DNA of 61,260 nucleotides. Source: Octopus bimaculoides. Taxonomy: Eukaryota. Location: contig NC_068989.1 of the NCBI RefSeq assembly GCF_001194135.2, positions 52,597,487 to 52,658,746 of the forward strand, written 5' to 3'. The position numbers and the translations under genes were made by a program. The notes under the pieces are model-generated. The model saw only the letters and a program-made list of their open reading frames with translations, made no database searches and was not told the DNA's origin. Below are positions 1 to 12,670 of this stretch, piece by piece (the first letter of the stretch is position 1; each line of letters starts with the position of its first letter).

Positions 1-14
1 ATATATATATATAT

Positions 15-400
15 AACAACCCTAATTGCAGAGCCACCAACAACTGTATGAAAGGTCGAACATTTGAATTCAAGTCAAGTCAAACATTTACCATAGATCA
101 CATCACTTGTACATCGACGTATTTACCTTGTGTTCTAAATGTGGCGAGTGTGGTCGGGATTATATAGCTTGACTTTGTAGAAGAGAATTACGGTACACCG
201 GCAACAGATTCGGGTAACCACAACTAGGAAAGTCCCAGTAAATAAACTCCTAGATCTGTGCCCCGGGAACAAATATCTAAAATACCATTTTCCCTCTATA
301 TCAATGCATCGGAAATATTACGGTCTATTTACGACTAAAGAAGTAAAATGTTTATTTAGAAGTATAAATCACAAATCGTTAACCTATAACAACATACTAA
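15..400 (+). mobile_element. Penelope-like element 3' remnant (GIY-YIG endonuclease region, Neptune-like), frameshifted
   Basis: Manual translation across frameshifts gives NCRATNNC..FEFKSSQTFTIDHITCTS, CGECGRDYIA and KRITVHRQQIR. This parallels the clearer copy at 38875-39456. Confidence 0.7.
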
Positions 401-1163
401 AACGTGGAAAACTCAATATATTCGCGAAAAATGACTAAGACCGGCATCGATAAAAATTTTAGTAACAGGTTGTCTCTAGGATCCGAAACACTGACTCCTA
501 ACTGCTATACAACAACACATCGAACCGACTCAAACATCAGTTGCTGACGTCAATCTAGGCTTCACAAATTAGAAAGAAAAAGAAATGAAAATTGACCTGC
601 CCAGACCGGTGGCTTCTGAAAGGAATCGACCAGCTGGAACACTGGAGAACCTCTAGACATAAGCACGTTACAAAACCTTTCACAGATACAAGTATCATAT
701 GCAGAAAATCAGCTGACCAGAGCGTTGGGTCTCTCATGGTCAAAAGCAAGTGATTAAAACAGTCGATAAACAAATGACGTTACCAGGAAATCAACCTCCC
801 AGTTCTGCCAAGCCAAAATATGTGACCAAAATACACGAAACATAAGTGATATATTTAAGCAGTCAGCTAGCCCTCCAAATGATAGATCCCCTCCCTCGAA
901 ATTGGTGAGCTTGTACTAAGATTTGAAACAAATGTTCAACATATTTATTTCTTATTTTTGGTGTATATATAAACATGAATTTGCGGATGTGCGTGTATGT
1001 GTGCGTGTGCAAACTTACATAAAAATATTTATACATATTTATAAAGATATAAAGACATACATTAATATATAGAGATGTGTATATATATTCATAAACACGT
1101 ATGAATTTATATGAACATAATCTTATGTTTATATATATTGAAACAATAACATATATAACTGCA

Positions 1164-1302
<139 letters not shown>

Positions 1303-1986
1303 AGGCTTGTATATTATTTCTGTATACATCCATATGTATATTTACCATACAAATTATCCTCTTTCGTTTTTATTTTTGTCTCCATATGTTTTCTTTTCCA
1401 TGCTTGTGTGTTCTCGAACAATATCTATCAGATAATCATTTTATTGAATAAAATTCATTGTATAATTGCAAAATTACAATATACTGTATATTTTTGACAG
1501 CATATCATTTATTTAGTCATTCCCTTCATATAATTTTTAAAATATTTTATATATACCTTCTGCAGTTTATTTTGGTATATGTTTCTATATTGCTGTTTAT
1601 CAATAGTGTTTTCCTGAAATTTTGAAAATACTTTTGAAGTAAACTTTTTTAAAATATTTTACTTTTTATATTTTTTCTCAATAATACATATATGATTAAA
1701 TAGTTTAAGAACGAGAAAAACTTCCAAAAATGTGTATGCGTGTATATATTTGTATTTGTGTTTGTGTGAATGTGTGTGTGCATGTGTGCTTGTTTATGTG
1801 TTTCTGTGCGTCCGTATATATGAATGTACGCTAAACTGCTCTTTGCTCAGTATAGTATAAAAATAAATTTTTATATATATGTATACACACACACATATAT
1901 ATATATAAGGGTGTGTGTTCGTGCATGTGATCTATGTGTGTGTGTATGTGTATATCTGCATATAAACTTATTTTTTGTTTCCTATG

Positions 1987-2070
<84 letters not shown>

Positions 2071-2131
2071 TCTTATAAATATGAAGTTTATATAGAGACA
2101 TAGACAGACATATATATATGTGTGTGTGTGT

Positions 2132-2221
<90 letters not shown>

Positions 2222-5200
2222 AAAAAGGGAATAGAAATAAAAAATCAAACAAAGCCTAACGAGAATCAGAGAAAGAGATTTAGTCTGAGAAGAGATGGTG
2301 GTGTGAATCATGTGTTGGAAATGGAGCAATGTCTTTGGCAGAGATGATGAAAGTTTTGGTAAAGGGAGGGTAGGAAATATATAGTAAAACTACAAAGTAT
2401 TTACCCTAAGTAAATCAATTTATCTTTACCAACACTTTTTAGTAGTAATAATGAATAAATAAGTGGCTGAATAAATTGGATGTGTGCACGGACTCGTGTG
2501 CGCATACACGTACAGATAATCACACTTGTCATGCATGCACACATGCCCATATAGATATATANNNNNNNNNNNNNNNATATATATGCATGCATACATCATT
2601 GAAGTCAGCAGCAATTTCAAATCGTAATGGTTTCTAAAAGATTTCTATTTTATACCGAACTTGAAACTTTTTTTTTTCTATTAAATGGGAAAATACATCA
2701 ATTACATTTAGTATTTGGCAGTTTGTGCATAAAACGTTTTCTACTAGAATTAAGCAGTTTATCATCCGATGTTTTAAAGCAAATTCCTATTCACATCGGC
2801 GTATATAAAGACGAAAAGGCTGAGCCAATACTTCAGTTTGTATACACCTAATATGCCTTATTTTCAAATCTGCTGCTTGTAACATAAAATGTTTGTGGGC
2901 AGAACATTTAATTCTATGTCGCTTACCGTTCAATTAGTTTTTCACTTCCAGCAGTGGCACTGCTGAAGTAATTACTAATACCATTTTCTACTCAATTAAT
3001 TAATAGTTTTCTTAGCAGCAGAAAACTCTATGTTATTAGGTATGCGTATGCATGACCGAATAAACGCTATAGAGTAGCTGTACGTTTGTTGCAAGCCAAA
3101 TTTCTCTTGTCAAATTGATTTCCGATAGAGGCATTTCAATCTTCACACATATCATTCCCTGAAGTATCTTTTAGTTTGAAGTGTTATGCATTACTCCTGG
3201 TTGATTTGCTCATGAAAATGATTTTTTTTTTCAGTTTAGTATAAGAATGTTGCAGTTTGTAACGTTCTTATATTGCATCACAGTAGTCCTCCAGTGAGAC
3301 ACATAAACGTAGAATCTAAATACTGCACACATTTTCTCCGATTTTCATTTGTAATTTCATGACAAAAGATAGGAAGCTCATAGCGCATAAAAATGCAACA
3401 ACACTTGGACGTATGAGAGAAATGTTTTCGGACAAACTATTTCAGTTCATTACCGGACTGGATACTGTAATTACGATGACAATAAAGAATAAAACGATAA
3501 ATTATAATTCAATTAGATTTTTTTTTAAAGATAAGAATGAAACTAGTACTACTAATTGTAGTCCCACTGCTAATTGTTTCGCTATCAAATATCAAAGCTC
3601 TAGTTAGCAAGACGACGACGACACGATAAGAACGGCGTCACATTAGAATATCCATTAGACTAATGAGCTGTGATAACTGTACTACTTACATCTACTTAAG
3701 TGGCTGTCCACTCCCCATTGGCAGGATTGTAGTAAAGGTTATCGAAGAGTAAATGCTTGTGTATTGTGATTATGCTTGATATAATGGTAATTTCATCAGT
3801 AATTTAATTCTTTAAATTGATTTAAACAAATTTGAAACGTCTCTAGTTTAAAATATGGACATTTTTTTAACATATAAAAGATATATCTCATACGCTTCTC
3901 TGTTCCCGCCTATTGCCTACTCACCTCTTCCTAAAATGAGTGAAACCATTTGTTTGTCTTGAAAGAACAACGCTACTCCATCATTATTTTAAACTCGACA
4001 ATGCTATTTGTTCTGGAAACAGCCGGAAATTTTCATTCCATTCTGAAAGTATATGTATATACAATCAAGAGCATATGCAAATTTCCCAGTCAATGGTATA
4101 TCCTGAAAATTGTTTTTTTTTTTTTATTGGTTGAAAAATAGTTACAAGATAGTGAAGGGGCCTAAAACATAAAGGCATATATGCAAAATAGAAGTATATC
4201 TCGGTAGTTTAAACTTGAAGAAAGGCAACGAAAGTGACAAATCAATTCAGAGAAGATACAAAGGAAGCTCGTTTTGATTTAAAGCAGATTCAAAGTGCTC
4301 GTAGCTTGGCCTCTATGTGTCATCGTTCATTGCGTCAAAACGAGTGTTTCGCCAATTAATAAAAATGCTCCATTGTCTCAAAAACGTAACCTCCTATTTA
4401 TTTAAGCACAGACTCATACATACATTATATTTTTATGATCCCATCGTACTGCGCTGCATTATGTTCTCTCTAATAATGCGTGACTACTTTACTGAAAATG
4501 CAAACATGCCTGTTAGACCTGATAGTAATGTAGAAAATCCTTCAAATTATTCACTGACATGCAATTTGAATTCATTCCTATTATCATGTACTTGTCTCTT
4601 AAATAGAATGAGGCAAACGAATGGTTCAGATTAGAATATTAAGCCTCAGTCCCCAAATGATGTTCATCATAACTACTAATGATAATCCAATTGTACTCGC
4701 ACTGCGATAAATGAAGAGTTGGGAAAAATTGCTTCTGGTTCATATAAAAATCTATTGTTGCCACTAGCGTCGACATCGAACAGTGCTTTATTATTCAAAT
4801 ATATTCACAGAGAAATCAGTCTCCTACTCATTTTTATTCGCGTAAAACACATACGACTCAAAAATACTTTGTTGACTTCTGTTCATTGCTGTTCAGTAAT
4901 TAGTTTCTGGAATATTTCCAAAAGTGACAATAATCTGCTGGACATCTTGTATTATTCTGACCACGCAATTCCTAAGTACATGTCTACGAAGCACTATACG
5001 TTACATCAATTTCTACTTCTGACTACGTTCTTACCTACAGGATTTTAATAGTAAGTGTGTGTCAACTTAGAATAAAGTTATAGTGTTGGTGTTACGGTAC
5101 TTTGAAATATAAAGCGGCATCAGAAATAAAATCAATGAATTTTGAAACTGTGGGAGTCTCACACATTTACCAATTTCCATTAATGGATGTGGCGTGAAGC

Positions 5201-5243
5201 AGTTCCACAGAATGAATTTACTCGTTATTATTGCATAGAAAAA

Positions 5244-5452
5244 GGTGGCGAACTGGTAGAATCGTTAGCACGCCGAGAAAAGTGCTTAGCGGCATTTTGT
5301 CCGTCTTTACGTTATAAGTTCAAATTCTGCCGATGTCGACTTTACCTTCCATCCTTTCGTTACTGATAAAATAAGTACCAGTTGACCACTGGGTTCGACG
5401 TAATGGACTTAGTCCCCCCTCCCCATATTTGCTGACCTTGTACCAAAATGTA
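5244..5452 (+). mobile_element. tRNA-derived SINE, family A
   Basis: Head GGCGAACTGGTAGAATCGTTAGCACGCC, B-box-like GTTCAAATTC, core CCTTCCATCCTTTCG..GATAAAATAAGTACCAG. At least 8 related copies are in the window. The core resembles the Deu/Nin SINE domain (from memory). Confidence 0.85.
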
Positions 5453-8214
5453 AAACTATTTACTGTGCAGAAGACCTAAACTATACGTATAACGTGTACA
5501 CCTATTTGGAGAACATGCAGTTCGTTTTAGCCTAGGATACTGAGATAAAGAAAACATCTTTCATCGCTGTCCATGTTGGAAATTTCTTACTAAGTTATTG
5601 AAACACTAGAACACTGAAGAATACGCTTGGCCGCATTTACTTACATCGCTGTACTTTCCAATAATTAAAATATTAGTACTATGTACTAATGTAGCATAAA
5701 TTGTATTTTTTCTCTAACACAAAGTCATTTTAAAATAATAATTATTAAAATCACGTTATATATATTTCTATTGTATTGCAGTAATGAAGGAAATTTTATG
5801 ACTGACATTTTTTGAAATTTACATAGAGGTACAACATTTTTACTATTTTCCTGCTTATTGGACTGCGGTTATGTTTTGTCTATTATATTATTCTGCTAGT
5901 GTTCAATTAAGTTCCTAAACCTTTAACAAATCTTACATCACATTCTTCTTTACATATCAAAGGTAAAACATACAGCTGGATTTAAACACATTGTCGCATT
6001 AGACGGAATATATTAACTGCCCCTCCTTCATAGCTGGTGATTCTAAAAGAAGAAAACATAAGCGCGCACAGGCACAGAATGGTTGTGACAGTAAGTTGAA
6101 CACGTAGACACCAAATGTTATAGAGAGGCAATGCTTGGGAAGAGATGAAAATAATGAGAGAGAGGGAGAGAGTGGGGTGGGTGGTATTTGTGTGTGTGAC
6201 AATACGTGTAAAATAGGAACGGTAGACGGATTTGAAAGAAGAAAGGAAAGAGAAGGGGTGCAAATAAGGGGAAAAGAACTAAAAGTCCTAGATTGATTGA
6301 GAGAAGAAGGATTAAAAAAGACAACGGAAGAGATAAAAAATATAACTACAAAATATGGGAGAGAGAAAGAGAGAGGAGGGAGAGAGAAGCATATAGACAG
6401 AGAAGGAGTAAGGAAGTGAAACACTAGAAGCAACAAAGCTTTCAACGAGTCACATAAATGAAAGTAAAATAGTTAAAGACAAAGGAGAGATAATCATTTT
6501 ACATGAACAAAAGGAGACAGGAAGATGGACATACACAAAATTAATATATATTTGTGTGTGTATGAGAGAGAGAGAGGGGGGAGATCAGGAGGTTGTATAT
6601 GTTCATCGTCCTCTCCCCTTTTGTTTTTGTACAACAATTACCTCCCCTTTCTCTCCAACCATTCTACCTGCCTGCCTGTTATGAGCATATATGCGTGTGT
6701 AGGTGTGTATATATACGAAATTAATTTAATATTTCTCAGGCAATTGTCTTAGAAACAATATAAATACTATATATGATGTGTCGGTAATAGACTATATATT
6801 CAATTGTGTTTCATATTTATCAGTGAAACATTTAAAACTAATATAGTCGTGTCAACATTGTGTGAATAATACATTAGGTTTTCGCTTTTATTCTATAGTT
6901 AAGAAACCGTTTACTTTAATCGTTAAGTACGTACACTGTCGCAGGATAATATTACAGACTATTTTATGTATTTTTATATTACTATTACATCGTTATAAGC
7001 GTGTCATCTATGCTAATATATCTTATAATTTATAAATATGCATCAACGGTAAAACTACAATGTAATACACACGTGTTACATCATAAGTTATATGTCAGTT
7101 GATTTGAAATTCTTGAATTATATCCTGAAATGTTACGTTAGAATGATGCAGTGAGAAACAAATTATTATAATTCCCTATAGTGTTTGATTTGGCATGAAA
7201 TATAAGTGGACGAATAAAATATTAATTTCCACATCACGAGCAGTGTAACAAAACTGGGAGAGCAGGTACAATTCATAATAGTGTCACCAGTATTTAAATG
7301 GTGCAGTGATGTTTTGACCGAATCCCAGGAAGTTGGAAAGGCAGAGCTCACCATACTAGGACTCGAAATTTGTAAAAAAAAAAGTAACAAATGTAGATAA
7401 AACAGCATCTTAAATACGGTGAGATAGATCTTCCAGCTGCTAGTAAGTCAGCCAATCAAAAGCAACTTTTCAGAGAGCTAGAATCAAACTTAGCAATCTA
7501 TACTAATAGAAAATTGCTGAGTTTAACGGAACTGTTAACGGTTACAACGCTTTTCTTTTGAGTTACATTATACATATTTATGGTTGGAAAGATCGACTGG
7601 GACCTGAGAAACTACGTGTTCTAGTCATTAATACAACGCTGGTGCATTGGATCTGAATGAACCCCGAAATCCTCTGGAAAATATACGATAAATTATCAGT
7701 TCTTGAATTCTATCGATCACGGTAGTTTTATTGACATTTCCGGAAGACAAAACACATGTAAATTGACATTTCCATGCTGTAAACTGCATGTTTAAGACAT
7801 GCTAACAATCAATAATAACTTGAATGGCTATCAGCCAACTTTTCTTCAATGTCCGCACTCGGTTTATATAAAGATAGGGTACACTGGATAATGTATTCCT
7901 AGAAATACTAAACCTGAAAAAGGATGACGTGGTTACGGCTACATTGCTTTTCACCATACGTGTACGCCATGAGGGATAATCTGAGCTAATCAACAATAAC
8001 ATACGTAGGTGTTTTGAAAGTACTTTAGCTTCAACATCTGGATATAACACAGGACGTGTCCTCTTTGATAATATACTTTATTTTGAAATCTAATAGCGTT
8101 TTCAATGACATTATCAACACAATATTCAGTTCTATATTCAAGAGATGAGAGATTATGTGCATTCTTTACATTATTTACATTTGACGGATATTTGTCCTCA
8201 TCTTGTTTGTTGTT

Positions 8215-8260
8215 AACACAACGTTTCGGCTGATATACCCTCCAGCCTTCATTAGGTGTC
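8215..8260 (-). ncRNA. Minimal type I hammerhead motif, core mutated (CUAAUGA)
   Basis: Minus strand reads GACAC-CTAATGA-A-GGCTG..CAGCC-GAAACGTT-GTGTT. G5 is changed to A relative to the copies at 27629 and 28850. Confidence 0.7.
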
Positions 8261-8511
8261 TTGAGGAAATTTCGAACCTAGGTTCTCATTCCTAAGGTAT
8301 TTTTCGATGTTATTACTATCATTATTATTGTTATTATTACTATTATTCAGGTCAATGCTTGCAATCGAACTAGGAATTATGGGGTTAGTAGCCCGCGCTC
8401 TACTACTATGCCCGTGGGCTCTTCTATGCCCGTGGTCATATGCTGTAGTGGTTAAGAGCGCGGGCTACTAACCCCGAGTTCGATTCCAGGCAGTGACCTG
8501 AACAATAATTC

Positions 8512-8739
8512 TTTTATTATTTTACTTGTTTCGGTCATTTGACTGCGGCCATGCTGGGGTACCGGCTTTTAGTCGAGCAAATCGACCACAGGACTTATTG
8601 CTTGTAAGCCTAGTACTTATTCTATCGGATATATTTTGCCGAACCGCTAAGTTCCAGGGACGCAAACACACCACCATCGGTTTCTCAAACGATGTTGGAG
8701 GACAAATACAGACACAAACATATACACATACACACACAA

Positions 8740-8760
<21 letters not shown>
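8512..8760 (-). mobile_element. SINE family B 3' half, inserted in the pLTR microsatellite
   Basis: Matches the reverse complement of the 3' half of 33026-33415 (GGTCATTTGACTGCGGCCATGCTGG, CCTAGTACTTATTCTATCGG, GCCGAACCGCTAAGTT). Confidence 0.85.
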
Positions 8761-8784
<24 letters not shown>

Positions 8785-9477
8785 NNNNNNNNNNNNNNNN
8801 NNNNNNNNNNNNNNNNNNNNNNNNNNNNNNNNNNNNNNNNNNNNNNNNNNNNNNNNNNNNNNNNNNNNNNNNNNNNNNNNNNNNNNNNNNNNNNNNNNNN
8901 NNNNNNNNNNNNNNNNNNNNNNNNNNNNNNNNNNNNNNNNNNNNNNNNNNNNNNNNNNNNNNNNNNNNNNNNNNNNNNNNNNNNNNNNNNNNNNNNNNNN
9001 NNNNNNNNNNNNNNNNNNNNNNNNNNNNNNNNNNNNNNNNNNNNNNNNNNNNNNNNNNNNNNNNNNNNNNNNNNNNNNNNNNNNNNNNNNNNNNNNNNNN
9101 NNNNNNNNNNNNNNNNNNNNNNNNNNNNNNNNNNNNNNNNNNNNNNNNNNNNNNNNNNNNNNNNNNNNNNNNNNNNNNNNNNNNNNNNNNNNNNNNNNNN
9201 NNNNNNNNNNNNNNNNNNNNNNNNNNNNNNNNNNNNNNNNNNNNNNNNNNNNNNNNNNNNNNNNNNNNNNNNNNNNNNNNNNNNNNNNNNNNNNNNNNNN
9301 NNNNNNNNNNNNNNNNNNNNNNNNNNNNNNNNNNNNNNNNNNNNNNNNNNNNNNNNNNNNNNNNNNNNNNNNNNNNNNNNNNNNNNNNNNNNNNNNNNNN
9401 NNNNNNNNNNNNNNNNNNNNNNNNNNNNNNNNNNNNNNNNNNNNNNNNNNNNNNNNNNNNNNNNNNNNNNNNNNNNN

Positions 9478-9606
9478 GAAGAAGAAGAAGAAGAAGAAGA
9501 AGAAGAAGAAGAAGAAGAAGAAGAAGAAGAAGAAGAAGAAGAAGAAGAAGAAGAAGAAGAAGAAGAAGAAGAAGAAGAACAACAACAACAACAACAACAA
9601 CAGCAG
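9478..9606 (+). repeat. (GAA)n(CAA)n(CAG)n microsatellite occupying the pLTR spacer
   Basis: Directly visible and runs straight into the pLTR tail CATCGAAAAAATACCTTAGG. Confidence 0.95.
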
Positions 9607-9656
9607 CATCGAAAAAATACCTTAGGAATGAGAACCCAGGTTCGAAATTTCCTCAA

Positions 9657-9702
9657 GCCATCTGTTGAAAGCTGGAGGGTATATCAGCCGAGACGTTGTG
9701 TT
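9657..9702 (+). ncRNA. Degenerate hammerhead motif (CUGUUGA, GAGA), probably inactive
   Basis: TCTGTTGAAAGCTGGAGGGTATATCAGCCGAGACGTTGTGTT aligns to the 28850 copy with substitutions in both conserved core strands. Confidence 0.55.
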
Positions 9703-10441
9703 AACAACAAACAAGCTGAGGACAAATATCTGTCAAATGTAAATAACAACACAATATTGTATAGAAGCTTAATTCCATCGTTTGCATTGATTGTGTACAT
9801 AGAAATCTAAATTAAACAAGTAAAGGAGAGGGTATTACTAACTAAGTATGGCCTGAAGACATTATTAACATTACGTCTTGAAAGAACTAAACTACAGTCG
9901 TCTAAGTAAAGAAAAGGTTAAATATTAATACGCATGTTTATTGATACTAACAGTTATATTATTAACAATATAATATGATTATTAGAACAATAATGATATT
10001 ATTATGATAAGACCAACTCACTAATCAATTTATTTCAGTAAGCTTCTATGGTTAGACACCAGTCATACTATTCTGAAATTATATTTAGCAACAGTTTCGT
10101 TCATGCCGCAAAAAGAAGAGAGCAAAATAAAATGCCTGATGTGATTAAAACAATTCGTGTCCAAATGTTCCGTTCATATCGGTGCTGTGTTTGTTTCCAC
10201 CTGCAAATACGTATAACAATATGCCAGTATAAGAAATCAAATAACGATAGAAGTCACTCTACCCGTCTAGAATTAGAGAAAAAAAGAAACCTTTAAAGTC
10301 ATAACGTTTCTGGCACCTTAAGTGTATTTTACACCGTTGCATCTATTTCATAAAGTTTTAGGCTAAATGTAATGATCATAGAATATGAAAAAATACAAGA
10401 GGAAATGTTACTGCGCGTGTATAAATATATAAAGATAAGTA

Positions 10442-10505
<64 letters not shown>

Positions 10506-10555
10506 TATACACACACACATATAAATTCACACAAACACATACATACATACATGCA

Positions 10556-10605
<50 letters not shown>

Positions 10606-11999
10606 ATTGCCTGCTTTTGATTATAAACATGGCAATTATGGAGCATTATACATATTTTTATCGTATAAACAATTTTTTCCATGTTAGGCGTAGCATTTTG
10701 GCGGAATGAATTGAGTCGTTAGGAAAATGTTCACTGCAATACTGTGTGTTGTTGTTAATGATATTGTTATTGCTGTTGTTGCTGGTGTTGTTTTGAAAGT
10801 TTATGTTTACCTTTTGTTGTTATTTTTTTTTTCTTTATTTTAAATATGTGGTCCATTTCAGTTTCTGTTGCCTGAGAAAACTTTCTTAAAAATATAACTA
10901 AGTGAAATTTATTGCTAATTAGCTTTGAAACCTACTACTATTAAAATGTTTGTTGTTTGATTTCTTGTTTTTCTTTTCCTTTCTCTTTAGTTATTCAGCT
11001 CTGTCCAAACTCTTTTGAAGTTTGTTCCAGCAAATTAATTTTCTAAAGAGATGATACGACAAATTCTCTATTAAAGCATCTTTCTTTTTTCAATTCTTCT
11101 TTTCTTACTTTTACATCCTTTTCAGAGAAAATCTGATAATTTTCACTTTGATGGTTGGCAATTTTCTATCTCTAACTTGAAGCCAACGACTTCTTGTGTT
11201 GGTTTCTTCTTTCTTCCTTCACTTTTTTTTTCTGTATTCACTCTTAATAAACTATTTACATCCTAACTAGTTACCAAAAGTTCTGTGATTGATTAATTTT
11301 GCTTGCTTTATTTTATGTGGGATTTATTTATTTAATTAACTGGGAAGGTTTTTTTCTATCTATCTATGATAACTTATTTAAAAGTTTTCCGTATTACTTG
11401 TTTTGCATTCAAGATTTTGGTTGTATGTGTGTAACATTAATTATTTTGTTAAGCATTATGTAGACAGAAGTTTGAAGTACTGCAATATGAATACTGAATG
11501 TGTCTCCTTTAATAAAACTTACTTTATATCGCCTTTCAGCTTCATACCAATTTCTTACTATATTGTTTGATCTGTTTTCACGTTCCTTCAGATATTTTCG
11601 TCAATATGTGAACAATAAATGACACTATATTGCTAATAATGATAGTTCTTCATGATGCATAGCTTCTATAACGGACAACACAACAGCTTCTATAAACACT
11701 CTTCAAAGCGAATCTATTAATTCATGTTTTTATTCATTCACTTTTGCCTAAGTGCATCCCATCATGCACTGATGGGTTTATTCAGTTCGACGAACTGGTT
11801 TTCTGTAGTCTGTAAGTCTACAATGTTATATTTTTAATTTTATTTCTTTACTTTTTATATTTTCTTTTACAAGGAATACATTCTTTTCATCAAAACTTGC
11901 TTTTAAATTAAACTGAAGCTTCTGGTAGTTCTTCAATAGCATCATCATCGTCGTCGTCGTCGTCATCAACAACTTATTACCATCATCGTCATTAATGTA

Positions 12000-12248
12000 A
12001 GGCGGTGAGCTGGAAGAATCGTTGGCACGCCGGACAAAATGCTTAGCGGTATTTCGTCCGTTTTTTTATGTTCTGATTTAAAATTCCACCAAGGTCGATT
12101 TCGTCTTTCATCCTTTCAAGGTCGATAATACAAGTGTCAGTTGAACATAAAATAAGTACCAGTCGATAAAATGATAAGTAACTGTTGAGGAAGAGATGGA
12201 ATCGACTTACCTCCTTTCCTCGAACATCCTGGTCTAGTGCCAAAATTT
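12000..12248 (+). mobile_element. SINE family A
   Basis: Begins AGGCGGTGAGCTGGAAGAATCGTTGGCACGCC, has the family core, and ends GTGCCAAAATTTGAAATTATT. Confidence 0.85.
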
Positions 12249-12269
12249 GAAATTATTATCAATATGATC

Positions 12270-12393
12270 ATTAGTAGTAGTAGTAGTAGTAGTAGTGGCA
12301 GCAACAGCAGTAGTAATAGCAGTAGTAGCAGTAGTAGTAGTAGTAGCAGTAGCATCATGATCAGCAGCAGTAGTAGTAGTAGTAGTAATGGTG

Positions 12394-12470
<77 letters not shown>
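12270..12470. repeat. (AGT)n/(AGC)n/(GGT)n trinucleotide mosaic
   Basis: Directly visible; source of the poly-Ser ORF 12237-12794. Comparable mosaics are at 26875-26962, 43230-43560, 59254-59420 and 60362-60495. Confidence 0.95.
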
Positions 12471-12471
<1 letters not shown>

Positions 12472-12560
12472 TAACCTCCTTTTCACAACCGAGTCCTTAT
12501 CGTAATAACCATCAACAGCAACGGCGGAAGAAACAGCAGCAGCAGCTATCGTTGACGTTA

Positions 12561-12670
12561 CATCTACAACATCACTATCAACTACAACATCAGTATCATC
12601 TACAACATCACTATCAACTACAACATCACTATCATCTACAACATCACTATCAACTACAACATCACTATCA
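12561..12670 (+). repeat. 18-bp minisatellite x6 with alternating variants (36-bp dimer x3)
   Basis: CATCTACAACATCACTAT alternates with CAACTACAACATCACTAT, with one C>G variant. Confidence 0.93.

Larger units (their letters stand above)
8127..9746. mobile_element. PLE insertion made of two head-to-head pLTRs with no visible ORF; 12-bp TSD
   Basis: Minus pLTR at 8127-8419; plus pLTR head at 8427-8509 and tail at 9607-9746. CAACACAATATT occurs at both 8115-8126 and 9747-9758. Same sequence family as the pLTRs flanking the PLE ORF at 27556-28940. Contains an N-gap of about 690 bp. Confidence 0.85.

Noticed and set aside
7445-7460. CCAAT box (AGCCAATCA) as a promoter
   Set aside because: It is a single short motif with no supported gene start nearby.
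7860-7975. Ig V-set-like words (YKDRV; LEILNLKKDD)
   Set aside because: The two words are in different frames with stops between and around them, and the conserved Cys/Trp residues are missing.
10105-10205. Possible terminal exon encoding a hydrophobic tail (minus strand, WKQTQHRYERNIWTRIVLITSGILFCSLLFAA*)
   Set aside because: It is short, has no recognisable family and no linked upstream exon, and hydrophobic runs arise easily from T-rich DNA.
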